A stretch of 64,000 bases of DNA from Rebecca billardiae RCC1528 (lineage: Eukaryota > Protista > Haptophyta), in assembly GCA_965240325.2 (NCBI GenBank), contig OZ251237.1, positions 62,001 through 126,000 on the forward strand. Direction: 5' to 3'. Made by a program: the position numbers and the translations under genes. Shown here in pieces: positions 10,801-20,186 of this stretch. The first letter of the stretch is position 1. The number at the start of each line of letters is the position of its first letter. The notes under the pieces are model-generated. The model saw nothing but the letters and a program-made list of their open reading frames with translations. It ran no database searches and was not told where the DNA came from.

Positions 10801-12089
10801 TTGACCTGCACGACCCCCGGTATGGGCGGCTACCGAGTGGCCCCGGCGACCTCGATTTCCAAGGAGACATCGGAGCGTATGTGGAGATCGATGGCTACTA
10901 TCCGGAGCACACGCACCAGCGCCTCAACGATTTTGTCCCGCTGCCCGAACACAGGGATGGCAAGCTCATCGCGCACCTCGACCCACGCGTCAACTATGTG
11001 TGCAGTGTGCTGAATCTGCAGAAAGCAGTCGAGCTCGGCTTTGTCGTGACAAAGGTCCATCGCGTGCTAGAGATGCATCTAGCACCGTGGATGCGCGGCT
11101 ATGTCGACCAGATGGCTGCGCTGCGCGCCCAGGCGAGAAACGACTTTGAGAAGAATTTCTTCAAGCTAGGCTCGAACTCCTGCTTCGGAAAAACCATGGA
11201 ACGCACACTGCACCACCAGGATGCCGGCATCGTCTCTGGGAGTGTGATGGAGAAGCGCTTCCTCGACCCGCGCAGCCGGTACTCGAGGCATATCGGTGGC
11301 TCGCTCTTCCTCGTCTCTGGCGACAAGAAGCGATACCTCAAGACTACGCCTGTCCAATTGGGCGCGCTCATCCTCGAGAGCTCGAAGCTGCTCATGCAAA
11401 CATTTTGGCACGATGGCCTCAAGCCGGCGTTCCCAAACATCCAGCTATGCATGACCGATACCGATTCCTTCATCTTCTCGGTGAACGACAAGAATTACAA
11501 GCACAAGATGAAAGAGCTCGCGCCTCGCTGGCTCGATTTGCACGAGTACCACACTCGAAACCCGCTGCACGATGCCTCGAACCAGAAAGTGGTAGGATAC
11601 TTCAAAGACGAGTTTGCCAACGCGCGTATTTGCGAGGTGGTGTGCAACGCGCCGAAATGTTACTCGGTCAGATCGACAAAGAAACAGCTGCGCAAGAACA
11701 AAGGCGTGCCATACAAAGTGGTGACGAAGGCACTGCAACATGGTCACTATCGCGATATCGTCCTCCGCGAGAAGGAGACACACGTGGAATACTACCAGAT
11801 TGCTGCGCGCTCGAATGTGGTGAGGATGGAACGCCGTGAGAAGGTGGCCCTCCGAAACTCGTACAACAAGGGTGTCGTGGCTGCGAACGGGCTGGAGATC
11901 CTATCGCTGGGCCACTACAAGCTCGATCCAAGGAGGCACTTTGAGCGAATTATTCGGACGCATGATTGGGAGACGCTCACAGCAAGGAAGGCAGCGCAAA
12001 TCATGGTCGACGAGTCTGGCTACGACGTGAGCCTCAAGTGGGCCAACCGAATAATGAACGAGTTCGTCACAGCTTGCTTGATGGGCTGA
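7811..12089 (+). CDS. Protein-primed family B DNA polymerase (Polinton type), split by one extra T at 9764-9770
   Basis: ExoI IHADFET, ExoII FHNLTGFD, RKGIFPYE, motif A YFDANNLYGWAM, motif B KLGSNSCFGK, motif C MTDTDS, plus APKCY and KNKGV. N-terminal part in ORF 7811-9790, C-terminal part in ORF 9615-12089. Confidence 0.95.
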
Positions 12090-12984
12090 GCGATGACGAC
12101 GGCGACGAGAACCGAGGTGTGGGATCGTACGGGATGACCTTGAGGAATGCCTTCGCCGCGTTTTCAGATACATTAAAATCTCTGGCCAGCATCTTGCTCA
12201 GAGCTGTGCGGGATTCTTTCGGGTTGGCCTGCATCATGAGTATGATGGCATCGATGTTGTCGTCAAGGTGGTCTCTGGCTTCATTTCCAAAGAGCGGTTT
12301 TGAGGCCTGGGTGCCAGCCGTCTGCTGGGATGGCTGCTCCTGTGTGCCCATGGAACGCCTCTTTGGGCCGCCAGCCTGCGTGCCAATCGCCGGGCGCTCT
12401 GGCACCCCCTGAGTACCAGTTGACCTTCTCTTTGGACCGCCAGCCTGCGTGCCAATCGCCGGGCGTTCAGGCGGCATCTCCTGAGTAGCAATCGACCGTC
12501 TCTTTGGACCGGCTGCCTGCATGCCTGTAGAGTGCTGCTCTGGGCGCATGCTCCGAACGACTCTGTCCGTCTCAACACCAATCGATCGCCGCTCTGGCAC
12601 GGCGCTTGTGGAGACAGGCAGAGGCTGCTTGTTGACTATCAGCCTGCTCATGGCTTGGCCAGACGCATCGCGTGTAGGCAGGCGAATCTGCCGAGCACGG
12701 AACTCGTTGACACCATCGCTAAAGGGGAGCAAGGCATCGATGGAAGGCACTCGTCTGCCCACTGCAGCAGTCTGGTTGGTGGGCGGCGGTCTCGTTGGCT
12801 TGATCAGTGGCTTCATCACAATCGGCTCGGCCGAATACGTCAGTCGTCTCGAAGACCGCGTAGGCACGGCTCCGCTCCAGTATTCTTTTCCGCGGCTGTG
12901 AAAGGAGCCGCCGTAGGGTTTGCCCTCGAGCCGAAAATGCGTGGTCTTGGTCGGCAGGAATCGCCCGCGATGTATGGCTTGCAT
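12067..12984 (-). CDS. PLV hypothetical protein with repeated (S/A)x(G/A)TQ motifs
   Basis: 305-aa ORF with AT-rich leader and a 60-bp internal tandem repeat (PERPAIGTQAGGPKRRS). Confidence 0.75.
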   Translation of the reverse strand: MQAIHRGRFLPTKTTHFRLEGKPYGGSFHSRGKEYWSGAVPTRSSRRLTYSAEPIVMKPLIKPTRPPPTNQTAAVGRRVPSIDALLPFSDGVNEFRARQIRLPTRDASGQAMSRLIVNKQPLPVSTSAVPERRSIGVETDRVVRSMRPEQHSTGMQAAGPKRRSIATQEMPPERPAIGTQAGGPKRRSTGTQGVPERPAIGTQAGGPKRRSMGTQEQPSQQTAGTQASKPLFGNEARDHLDDNIDAIILMMQANPKESRTALSKMLARDFNVSENAAKAFLKVIPYDPTPRFSSPSSSLSPSSKL

Positions 12985-12990
12985 CTGTAA

Positions 12991-13680
12991 TCATAGTAAT
13001 AATTTATTCCACTCTCTGTGGAGCGCACCATGGTCTGCATTAAGAAATAAAAAAGTGTGCGGATCGCCATCGCCAAATATGTACTGATACACTGTAGCAA
13101 AGTCTGAGCGAGGCATCATGATCAGTTCAGAGCGCAGAGCCTCTAGCTCCTTGGTATTGTTGGGTTTGAACACGGTTACATGAGAGAATAATTTTCGTAT
13201 AGTCAGTGGCACCGATATGTAACCCTGTGATATAACAATAATGCTGAGTTTATAGTGCCGCCTGTTCTGAACGATACGCGAATACAGGCGCTGCAAATTT
13301 GGGTCTTTTAGTGACGCAGCAAAATCATCTATAATAAGGAGCGTCGGCAAAGGCATGTTCGACTCGGCAATGCTGAGCACATTCTGAAGTGTCTCTGCCG
13401 TTAGCTCGTGGTATACATATTGGAGCGTGGCTAGCGGGGAATTTTGGAAGCTGTCCACCGAGGTGCGCGGAGCCACGAATATAACGTTGGCAAAGACTCG
13501 TTTATAGGGGCCAGTGATCAGGCCGACCACCTGGCTGGATTTGCCGCTGCGGGGTGGGCCAAAGATGCCCCAATGAAAACTCGTGTTAGGGAGTGGTTCT
13601 GGCAGGCCTGGCTTCAGAGGCTTGTCCGCACTGATTCTAGGCAGCGGGAGCTCTATGTGGTGCGCGATCTCGTTGATCAT
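12991..13680 (-). CDS. A32-like (FtsK-HerA) genome-packaging ATPase
   Basis: Walker A GPPRSGKS, Walker B LLIIDD, NRRH arginine motif, ISQ sensor. Confidence 0.93.
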   Translation of the reverse strand: MINEIAHHIELPLPRISADKPLKPGLPEPLPNTSFHWGIFGPPRSGKSSQVVGLITGPYKRVFANVIFVAPRTSVDSFQNSPLATLQYVYHELTAETLQNVLSIAESNMPLPTLLIIDDFAASLKDPNLQRLYSRIVQNRRHYKLSIIVISQGYISVPLTIRKLFSHVTVFKPNNTKELEALRSELIMMPRSDFATVYQYIFGDGDPHTFLFLNADHGALHREWNKLLL

Positions 13681-14006
13681 ATAAAGCGCATGATTCTTTT
13701 TTGGGATGGCTTGACCGGGGTCAGCGCCTCCGGGGTCACCGCCTCCGGGGTCGCCTCTTCCTCGCCAGCCAGCTCGATCGATTCAGTCTGCCTGACAATG
13801 CTAGGCGGCGTCTTGCTTGGCGGGCGCCTGGGTGTGGGTGCCTTTGGCCCGACCTCGCCGCCGATTTCTTCGAGCTTGGCTTTCGCATCCTCTGCCAGCT
13901 TGGTGTATGTGGCCGCATGTGTCTCATATGTCACTACCTGGCGTTTCAGGCGCATGCGCTCCGTCGCCAGCTGCTGCGCCTCGCTGCGTGTCTTTTTATT
14001 CTCCAT
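13677..14006 (-). CDS. PLV hypothetical coiled-coil/low-complexity protein
   Basis: 109-aa ORF preceded by the shared upstream motif; its stop overlaps the ATPase start (ATGA). Confidence 0.65.
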   Translation of the reverse strand: MENKKTRSEAQQLATERMRLKRQVVTYETHAATYTKLAEDAKAKLEEIGGEVGPKAPTPRRPPSKTPPSIVRQTESIELAGEEEATPEAVTPEALTPVKPSQKRIMRFI

Positions 14007-14119
14007 CTTCTATATGCAAGCAGAGAATATTTTGGATTTCAGCCGAGAGGATGCATTGGCATGGTACATCTCCAAGAAGCTCGGCACGAGCGATGATGAA
14101 ATAATATCGGCACTAATTC

Positions 14120-14854
14120 ATGCTGCACCTGCACACAAGTCAGGGCGATGTGTTTCCACTGGGCCGAGCCAAGACGAGCTGCGTGAATTTCACACTGAGC
14201 CACCCAATCATGGCGGCAAGCGATGAGGTCATATTTGTATCTGTCGATAGCCTGTGTGTGCCTAATACGCGCTATGCAGTAGACAGCTCGAATAATAGCG
14301 TGGGTGCCGCCTCCGACTGGGGCGATACGACGCTTACGCTCACCCCGAAGAATTATACAGCCAGCACGCTTGTCACAGAGATCAACTCGGCATTGTCTAG
14401 CATCAACGTGACTGCTGCTTTCGACTCGGCCACTGGCAAGCTCACATTCTCGACGACACATGGTTTCGACACCACCATCAAAGGCACGAGCAGCGCTTCG
14501 CGCGTGCTCGGCCTCTGTCGCACAGACTTGGTAATACCTGCTGGCGGCAGTATAGAGGCACCCGGCGTGGTGGACCTGCTCAGCCGAGGCTTTGCACTCA
14601 CCTGCGAAGGGTTGGATGTCAAGAGCAGAGACTCGTCCAACTCGGGCTCATCAAGCAATATTTTGTGCGTGGTGCACATTGACAAGCCTTTCGGCCAGAC
14701 TGTACTGTACACTGATGCGAACAATGATATCTTGCAGTGCAACCGCCGGAGTATACAAAATATCGAGCTCCAGCTGATCGATCTCGAGACCATGCAGCCG
14801 GTGGAGCTGAATGGAGCCGAGTGGTCTGTCAACCTGAAATTCCAAATTTCTTAA
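14120..14854 (+). CDS. Minor capsid protein (penton, single jelly-roll)
   Basis: PLV mCP-like pattern: VSVDSLCVPNTRYAV..NN, KNYTASTLV, TGKLTF, RVLG, SNILCVV, IELQLID..VELNGAEWSVNLKF. Lies directly upstream of MCP. Confidence 0.85.
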   Translation: MLHLHTSQGDVFPLGRAKTSCVNFTLSHPIMAASDEVIFVSVDSLCVPNTRYAVDSSNNSVGAASDWGDTTLTLTPKNYTASTLVTEINSALSSINVTAAFDSATGKLTFSTTHGFDTTIKGTSSASRVLGLCRTDLVIPAGGSIEAPGVVDLLSRGFALTCEGLDVKSRDSSNSGSSSNILCVVHIDKPFGQTVLYTDANNDILQCNRRSIQNIELQLIDLETMQPVELNGAEWSVNLKFQIS

Positions 14855-14879
14855 GAAATATTTCCTGGCCATAGTACTT

Positions 14880-16193
14880 ATGGCTTACGCCGGCAAGCGT
14901 GTGATGAACGATATTCGCGGTGATGACGCGATGGTGCTCGAGCAGGAGGAGACGGCTCCAAGCTACTATGACTTTTCAAACCCCAAGCCCGTCGCCGTTG
15001 GCGCTGCCTACAAGAGGCCGACGATATATGCAGGCCCGTCGTCTAGCTTCACAAGTGGCCAGGTGATGCAATTCGATATCCCGACGGGCACGCCCGGCGC
15101 GATGATGGACCCGTCTCAGACGGTCCTGCAGTTTACCATTCACAACACCTCTGGCCAGCCTCTCACGCTCTCAAGGTCTGCATACTCGTGCATCGAGCGC
15201 ATTGACGCCTACCACGGCAGCCAGATGATCGCAAGCACTGGCAAGGCAGGCCTGCTGCACAATGTCTTGCTCGACTTCCAGTCGGGCGCATCTTCGGGCT
15301 TCTCCACCGGCAGCATGCTGGGCTGTGCCGACTACGAGATGCCTGCTGCATATGCAGCAGCCGATGTTGAGAGCGCTCTGTACCCGACAACCGGTGAGAC
15401 CATTGCCAACAATGCCCGGAAGACGGTGACCCTCCCACTCGCGTACGTGTTTGGCGCTCTGTGTGGTAAGGCGGTGCCGCTCTCCGAGCTGCACCAAGGC
15501 CTTCGTGTTGACATCCATGTGGCAAACATGCTCGACTTTGGCGTGTATGATGCCGACCCAGGCACTACCTCCCCCACGCTTGAGACGGTCAAGATGCAGC
15601 TCGGCATGGTCATGCTGAGTGATAGTGCCTACACCAAGATGGTTCGCTCGCTCGATCGGATCTACATCCCATCGATGTCCTACCTCCATGCCTCCCACTC
15701 GGTGGCTGCAAACACGTCGACGGCCTGGCAGTTGCCATTCCGCCTGGCGTCGGTCAACATGATCATCCTGGCTGCGGTGCCGAATACCAGTGAGAACGCC
15801 TTTGGTGGCGACATCACGACTCGCACGCGCGCGGCGCTCACCAAGTGGCAGTTGCGCATCGGCTCTACCCTCGTGCCGGATCAGCCAGTCTCTGCCACCC
15901 ACGGCGGCGCAGAGACGCGCGCTGAGCTCGTTCGCGCCTTCAACGCGCTCGGCATTGCCGATTATGCCTCTCGCGTGAGCGGTACGGCCTTTGACGATGC
16001 GGCTTTCTGCATCGCCTTCAACACGAGCGCCTTCTCGCAGTCCGACATCCTCTTCGACGGCCGCCGTCTCGATACCGAGTACGCCATCTTTGAGGCCGAC
16101 ACGAACAGCGGAGCATCTTTCAAGTGGCATGCCTGGGCGCTCCATGACGTGATGATGGAGGTTTCCCAGAACCAGCTCAATTTCGCCATTTAA
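14880..16193 (+). CDS. Major capsid protein (double jelly-roll, PLV type)
   Basis: 437 aa, beta-rich, with MQFDIP..MMDPSQTVLQF..SAYSCIERI, KAVPL and WQLRIG..VP. Size and position fit a PLV MCP. Confidence 0.85.
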   Translation: MAYAGKRVMNDIRGDDAMVLEQEETAPSYYDFSNPKPVAVGAAYKRPTIYAGPSSSFTSGQVMQFDIPTGTPGAMMDPSQTVLQFTIHNTSGQPLTLSRSAYSCIERIDAYHGSQMIASTGKAGLLHNVLLDFQSGASSGFSTGSMLGCADYEMPAAYAAADVESALYPTTGETIANNARKTVTLPLAYVFGALCGKAVPLSELHQGLRVDIHVANMLDFGVYDADPGTTSPTLETVKMQLGMVMLSDSAYTKMVRSLDRIYIPSMSYLHASHSVAANTSTAWQLPFRLASVNMIILAAVPNTSENAFGGDITTRTRAALTKWQLRIGSTLVPDQPVSATHGGAETRAELVRAFNALGIADYASRVSGTAFDDAAFCIAFNTSAFSQSDILFDGRRLDTEYAIFEADTNSGASFKWHAWALHDVMMEVSQNQLNFAI

Positions 16194-16210
16194 TTTCGCT
16201 CTATATATAC

Positions 16211-16504
16211 ATGAATTTTCTAGGTAGACTCGTTAGAGATGCGCGCGGAAAGATCGGCGGGCTGGCTAACACCGCCCGAAGGCTCGGCAGACCCATCAGC
16301 TCTGCAATCCACCACCTAAAGCCCTGCGTAGACAAGGTGGGTGGGGACGTCACCCAATTCTTGAACGAAGTTGATCGCACCGAAGGACTCGGCGATATCG
16401 CCTCACCTTATACGGCCGCTGGAAGGCGGGCCATACAGCGTGGGCGTCAGATCTCCAACCGTCTGGACCAGGGGGCTCGCAGAGCCGACCGGTTTCTACG
16501 CTAG
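16211..16504 (+). CDS. Small basic protein with amphipathic N-terminus (candidate virion core or membrane-active protein)
   Basis: 97 aa, Arg/Gly-rich, immediately after MCP, with an AT-rich leader. Confidence 0.65.
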   Translation: MNFLGRLVRDARGKIGGLANTARRLGRPISSAIHHLKPCVDKVGGDVTQFLNEVDRTEGLGDIASPYTAAGRRAIQRGRQISNRLDQGARRADRFLR

Positions 16505-17114
16505 GCGGTGCTGCTCTCGTAAAAAGCGGATTGGGCGCGTGAACGCGTCTGCGCTGATGCGCCCGACCGTCTTCCGACTGCCCCCTCGCTTGAGTGAGCG
16601 AGAGCGCCGACACGATATCGCCTGGAGAGCGGACGTCGAATTGTGTCTTGGGTAAGACCTTTCCGATATCCTTCAATCCAGCACCTTTTTGGGATGTATG
16701 CACCTGAGCTGCGCCAGAGTTTTCGGCCAGGTGCCCGCCCAAGCTGTGGCCCATGGCTGACGTCACGCCATATTTTCGTCGCACAATCTCGACCAGCTTG
16801 CGGGCTCGCTGGTGGCGCGGATCATATACAGAGAAGCCGAGCGCGAGTAGCACATCGGACACTGCCCAGTCGGCAAAGCTGACGCTGCCTCGAAATAGGA
16901 CTAGCGGCCGGCCTGGTGCTATATGCACCAATACCTTGTCTTCGTCAGACGAGAGTCTGACGTCGAGCCGATACCGCGGCTTCACATGCTCGCGAGCCTG
17001 CTCGAGCGTCATGTATGATGCTTCTAGCAACATGCGCCTGTCTTTTTGGAGGGTCGTCCCCGAATCGAATAGCAGGCGCTCTCCTTCCTGGGTGGAGATG
17101 GTGGGGATATTCAT
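16350..17114 (-). CDS. Alpha/beta-hydrolase (class 3 lipase-like)
   Basis: LFRGS oxyanion motif, DW..D, nucleophile elbow GHSLGG, DIVS. The true 3' end may be 16496 (see findings). Confidence 0.85.
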   Translation of the reverse strand: MNIPTISTQEGERLLFDSGTTLQKDRRMLLEASYMTLEQAREHVKPRYRLDVRLSSDEDKVLVHIAPGRPLVLFRGSVSFADWAVSDVLLALGFSVYDPRHQRARKLVEIVRRKYGVTSAMGHSLGGHLAENSGAAQVHTSQKGAGLKDIGKVLPKTQFDVRSPGDIVSALSLTQARGQSEDGRAHQRRRVHAPNPLFTRAAPPSVETGRLCEPPGPDGWRSDAHAVWPAFQRPYKVRRYRRVLRCDQLRSRIG

Positions 17115-17128
17115 ATTACTGCGCAGTT

Positions 17129-17761
17129 TTATTTGCGAGGCCTGAGCATCCTGAAGCCGTGGGCCGAGCGGACTGGGTGCCCGCTCGTGGCGTCTACAAT
17201 GTTTGTGACCTGCGCTCGCCTGTCTCTCTGGCTACGCGTGCGGCGGATGGCTCCAGTAGGGATGACCGAGGTTTGCTCCACAGCCGGCTGGCTGCCACCT
17301 CTGTGAGTGATCGAGCCCTTGTCATTAAAAACATACCAGTTCCCCTCTGTTTGCCTCCGCACCACCGCCATGAGCAGAGCCAGGAGCGGGCGAATCTCAG
17401 GCCATGGTGCCCCGCTTTGTCGCCATTCTTTATCCCGGAGAGGCTTGACAAAACTGTAACCTGGATTCGTGCGAGCGAGAAGCCGATCCTCCACATCTTT
17501 GGCCAGGTTGGGGCTCGTCACAAGGAATGCCATCAGCTTGAAGCTGCCTGCAGCATAGGGCATGCTATGCCTGTACCCAGCGAAGAGCCTACTCCGAATA
17601 TTTTTGGTCATTCCCATTTTAAACAGGGGTCTCTTGCCAGCCCATGTTGGGTGGATAACATACACGCCGGCAATCTTTTTGTCCTTGTCAGCGAAGCCCG
17701 CATTTTGCAGCGCAGCCTTAAACTGCGTATACTCCTTCTTTAGCGGGTCAGTGATACGCAT
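17129..17761 (-). CDS. GIY-YIG superfamily nuclease-like protein (T5orf172/MUG113-like)
   Basis: GVYVI..FKMGMTKNIRSRL..VEDRL..KEW. ATG 17761 chosen because it leaves an AT-rich divergent spacer to 17784. Confidence 0.7.
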   Translation of the reverse strand: MRITDPLKKEYTQFKAALQNAGFADKDKKIAGVYVIHPTWAGKRPLFKMGMTKNIRSRLFAGYRHSMPYAAGSFKLMAFLVTSPNLAKDVEDRLLARTNPGYSFVKPLRDKEWRQSGAPWPEIRPLLALLMAVVRRQTEGNWYVFNDKGSITHRGGSQPAVEQTSVIPTGAIRRTRSQRDRRAQVTNIVDATSGHPVRSAHGFRMLRPRK

Positions 17762-17783
17762 ATTATTATATGGCTTATAATAT

Positions 17784-19877
17784 ATGGCGAGCATCTTCGG
17801 CCTAGTTTCATCATCAATCAGCTGGAGTGGCGAGGTGCTCACGTATCCAGCAAGCTCGTCTATAACTATCAATTTCGTTCCGCCGCTGCCCGACGAGGAC
17901 CTGAAAATACGGGTTTCCCATCCCAGGCATATATTCACTGTGACGAGCGCGAGCATAACTCCATCGAGCGCCACTGTAGTCTGGGCAGCGGACAATTATG
18001 AGAAGGTAGTGAATCGCCAATATGATCACGAGTATAAGCCTTACTTCAGCGTATATTCTGGTGATACTCTGCTGACCAGCTTTGATCACACGGGTACGCT
18101 ATATCATGGATCGATCGAGTCTGGCAATCTGATCACCCAGTCCATGCTCACTGGCCCCACAGTGGCTCATTTCCCGCTGACCGCAGACCTGGTCGATACC
18201 ACTCCCCGCGCTCAGAGCCTCGTGCCGGCTGGCACGTTTGCCTTTGCTGAAGACTCCGCGCGCTCAACGGCCAATGCAAGCACGCTCACGCTCCAGACAC
18301 CTGGGCACGACTGGCGGGATTTTAGTGCGGCTTTCTACCTGAAGGGCTGCCCAGGCCTAAGTAAACTCTCACTCGGCGGTGGGCTCTCGTACGCGAGCGC
18401 TGAGCTGGATTCAAACATAATTGCTAGCAGCAGTGTCGGCTTTGTAGACAACGTGAGCCAGATGGTCCCAAGCGGTGTCTGGACACACTTTGTCATCTCG
18501 CAGGAAACCACGTCTTTTGAGGCGAATATCGAGATCTATGCGGACCAAATGCTCCTCCACTCTCGCACCATTGGTCAGCAAACAGACCCGGATTTCAAGC
18601 GGATTTCGCTCTACTACCCACTCGTCGCCACGCTTGACGACCAGGCTGCGCTCGCGCACCTGAGCATATATCCATACGCTCTCGATGCGGCCGGCCGCCT
18701 GGCGCACGCGCAGTCGTGGCCTGGGTATGTCCCGCCTGCAGCGCTTGTGCTGCACCTGCCTCTGAGCGCCGACTATATCGCGCTTGTGGGCACGACTCCA
18801 GCCGGGGTGCCGCCCGCATCCGGATCTTTTGCAAGCGGATACCTGAACATGGATACCGCTTATTCGTTTGAGACATCGTCCGACACCTTTGCCGCTACGA
18901 ACGGTTTCACTATGTGTGCTTGGATGCGCTCTGCGGTAGGCTGGCAGCCGGGCGATTATATCAACATTCGTGTTTTTGAGGGCAATTTCACAAGCAACTC
19001 AAAGGCAGAGCTGTACCTCGAATCAGATCATGTGTGGGGGCGTCATGAGCAAGTCACCGGGCTCTCCGCAGGCCAATGGTACCACTTGGCGTGGCGCTGG
19101 CGCCCGAGCGATAATCTGCAAGAGCTGCTCGTGGACGGCGTTGTCTCTGCCAGCAGCATACAGCCCGGCCAAATCACGACGTATCAATCATGGCGCGTCC
19201 AGAACAATGCGGTCGGCGCTGCAATCATGCACCTGCAAGTGTGGGACGGCTATGTCGACGACATTGCGCAACTGATGCTCGATTATCCGCTGCCCGAGAT
19301 AGGTATGCACTGGCCATTGACGAGTGACCTGTCCGAAGCCAACGGTGGTATCGAAAACCTCGCGGTCGAGTCGGGCACAACGTCGTACGCTGACGGTGGT
19401 CTCTACATCGACACCACATCCAAGATCGGTGTGAACCTAGCCAGCACAATTTCTACCGACTTCACGATCATGTTTGTTGGGAAGGGCCCAGGCGTGGGCT
19501 CGATCCGGATCAAACTGAATGACGTCGATGCGGCCACAGAGAGCCTTCTTTTCACGCAGGAACTTGCTGGTAATCGCTTAACGACGCATTTTTTCAATCC
19601 GGGGCAAATCTGGTTCGATCACAAAAATACCACGCTCACCGATACAGTGTGGGAGCACTGCGCATGGGTATTTAACAACACAGCGAGCACCGTCCGAACG
19701 TTCCTCAACGGCGTGTTTTTGGGCGAGTATGCCCTGCCATCGCAAACATCGGTCGACTTCATCCAGCGCATCGAGTTTGACGTCATATCAGCCGGCTCCT
19801 ACATCAAGAACGTTCGATATTTGCCGAGTATCGCGCCCGATGGCGACGTGGCTGCGTATGCCGCGTCTGACACGTAA
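17784..19877 (+). CDS. Protein with three LamG/concanavalin-A-like domains (candidate fibre or receptor-binding protein)
   Basis: Three modules opening AHFPL/LHLPL/MHWPL, with FTMCAW, WTHFV/WYHLA/WEHCA and IYAD/LVDG/FLNG strands. Confidence 0.75.
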   Translation: MASIFGLVSSSISWSGEVLTYPASSSITINFVPPLPDEDLKIRVSHPRHIFTVTSASITPSSATVVWAADNYEKVVNRQYDHEYKPYFSVYSGDTLLTSFDHTGTLYHGSIESGNLITQSMLTGPTVAHFPLTADLVDTTPRAQSLVPAGTFAFAEDSARSTANASTLTLQTPGHDWRDFSAAFYLKGCPGLSKLSLGGGLSYASAELDSNIIASSSVGFVDNVSQMVPSGVWTHFVISQETTSFEANIEIYADQMLLHSRTIGQQTDPDFKRISLYYPLVATLDDQAALAHLSIYPYALDAAGRLAHAQSWPGYVPPAALVLHLPLSADYIALVGTTPAGVPPASGSFASGYLNMDTAYSFETSSDTFAATNGFTMCAWMRSAVGWQPGDYINIRVFEGNFTSNSKAELYLESDHVWGRHEQVTGLSAGQWYHLAWRWRPSDNLQELLVDGVVSASSIQPGQITTYQSWRVQNNAVGAAIMHLQVWDGYVDDIAQLMLDYPLPEIGMHWPLTSDLSEANGGIENLAVESGTTSYADGGLYIDTTSKIGVNLASTISTDFTIMFVGKGPGVGSIRIKLNDVDAATESLLFTQELAGNRLTTHFFNPGQIWFDHKNTTLTDTVWEHCAWVFNNTASTVRTFLNGVFLGEYALPSQTSVDFIQRIEFDVISAGSYIKNVRYLPSIAPDGDVAAYAASDT

Positions 19878-19907
19878 AATTACGTGTAATTTTTCAGGGG
19901 TACTGAT

Positions 19908-20186
19908 ATGTTAGCTGCGATAGTATCAGCCGACGAAAGGTTAATAAAAGCTTCGACCCGCAAGGGTAAGCGATACGAGTACAAGGGTGTGCATTTTGGT
20001 GCCAAAGGCGGCAAGACGTATATAGACCATGGCAATGATGCCATCAAAAAGGCCTGGATCGCAAGGCATCGCGTGAATAAAAACTGGAACAACCCCAAAT
20101 CTGGGATTTACTACAGCCGCCATTTGCTGTGGGGCCCGACACCGAGCCTGCAGAAAAACCTGGAGATACTACTACATGGACGATAG
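19908..20186 (+). CDS. Tlr6F-like protein (conserved in PLVs, virophages and NCLDVs)
   Basis: STRKGKRY..VHFGAKG..YIDH..WIARH..YYSRHLLW signature. Confidence 0.85.
   Translation: MLAAIVSADERLIKASTRKGKRYEYKGVHFGAKGGKTYIDHGNDAIKKAWIARHRVNKNWNNPKSGIYYSRHLLWGPTPSLQKNLEILLHGR

Noticed and set aside
13444-14226. 260-aa plus-strand ORF in the PLV
   Set aside because: Antisense shadow of the ATPase and 109-aa genes, overlapping mCP; no motifs.
17762-17995. N-terminal extension of the 288-aa nuclease ORF
   Set aside because: Overlaps the LamG gene in antisense; ATG 17761 fits the divergent AT-rich spacer better.
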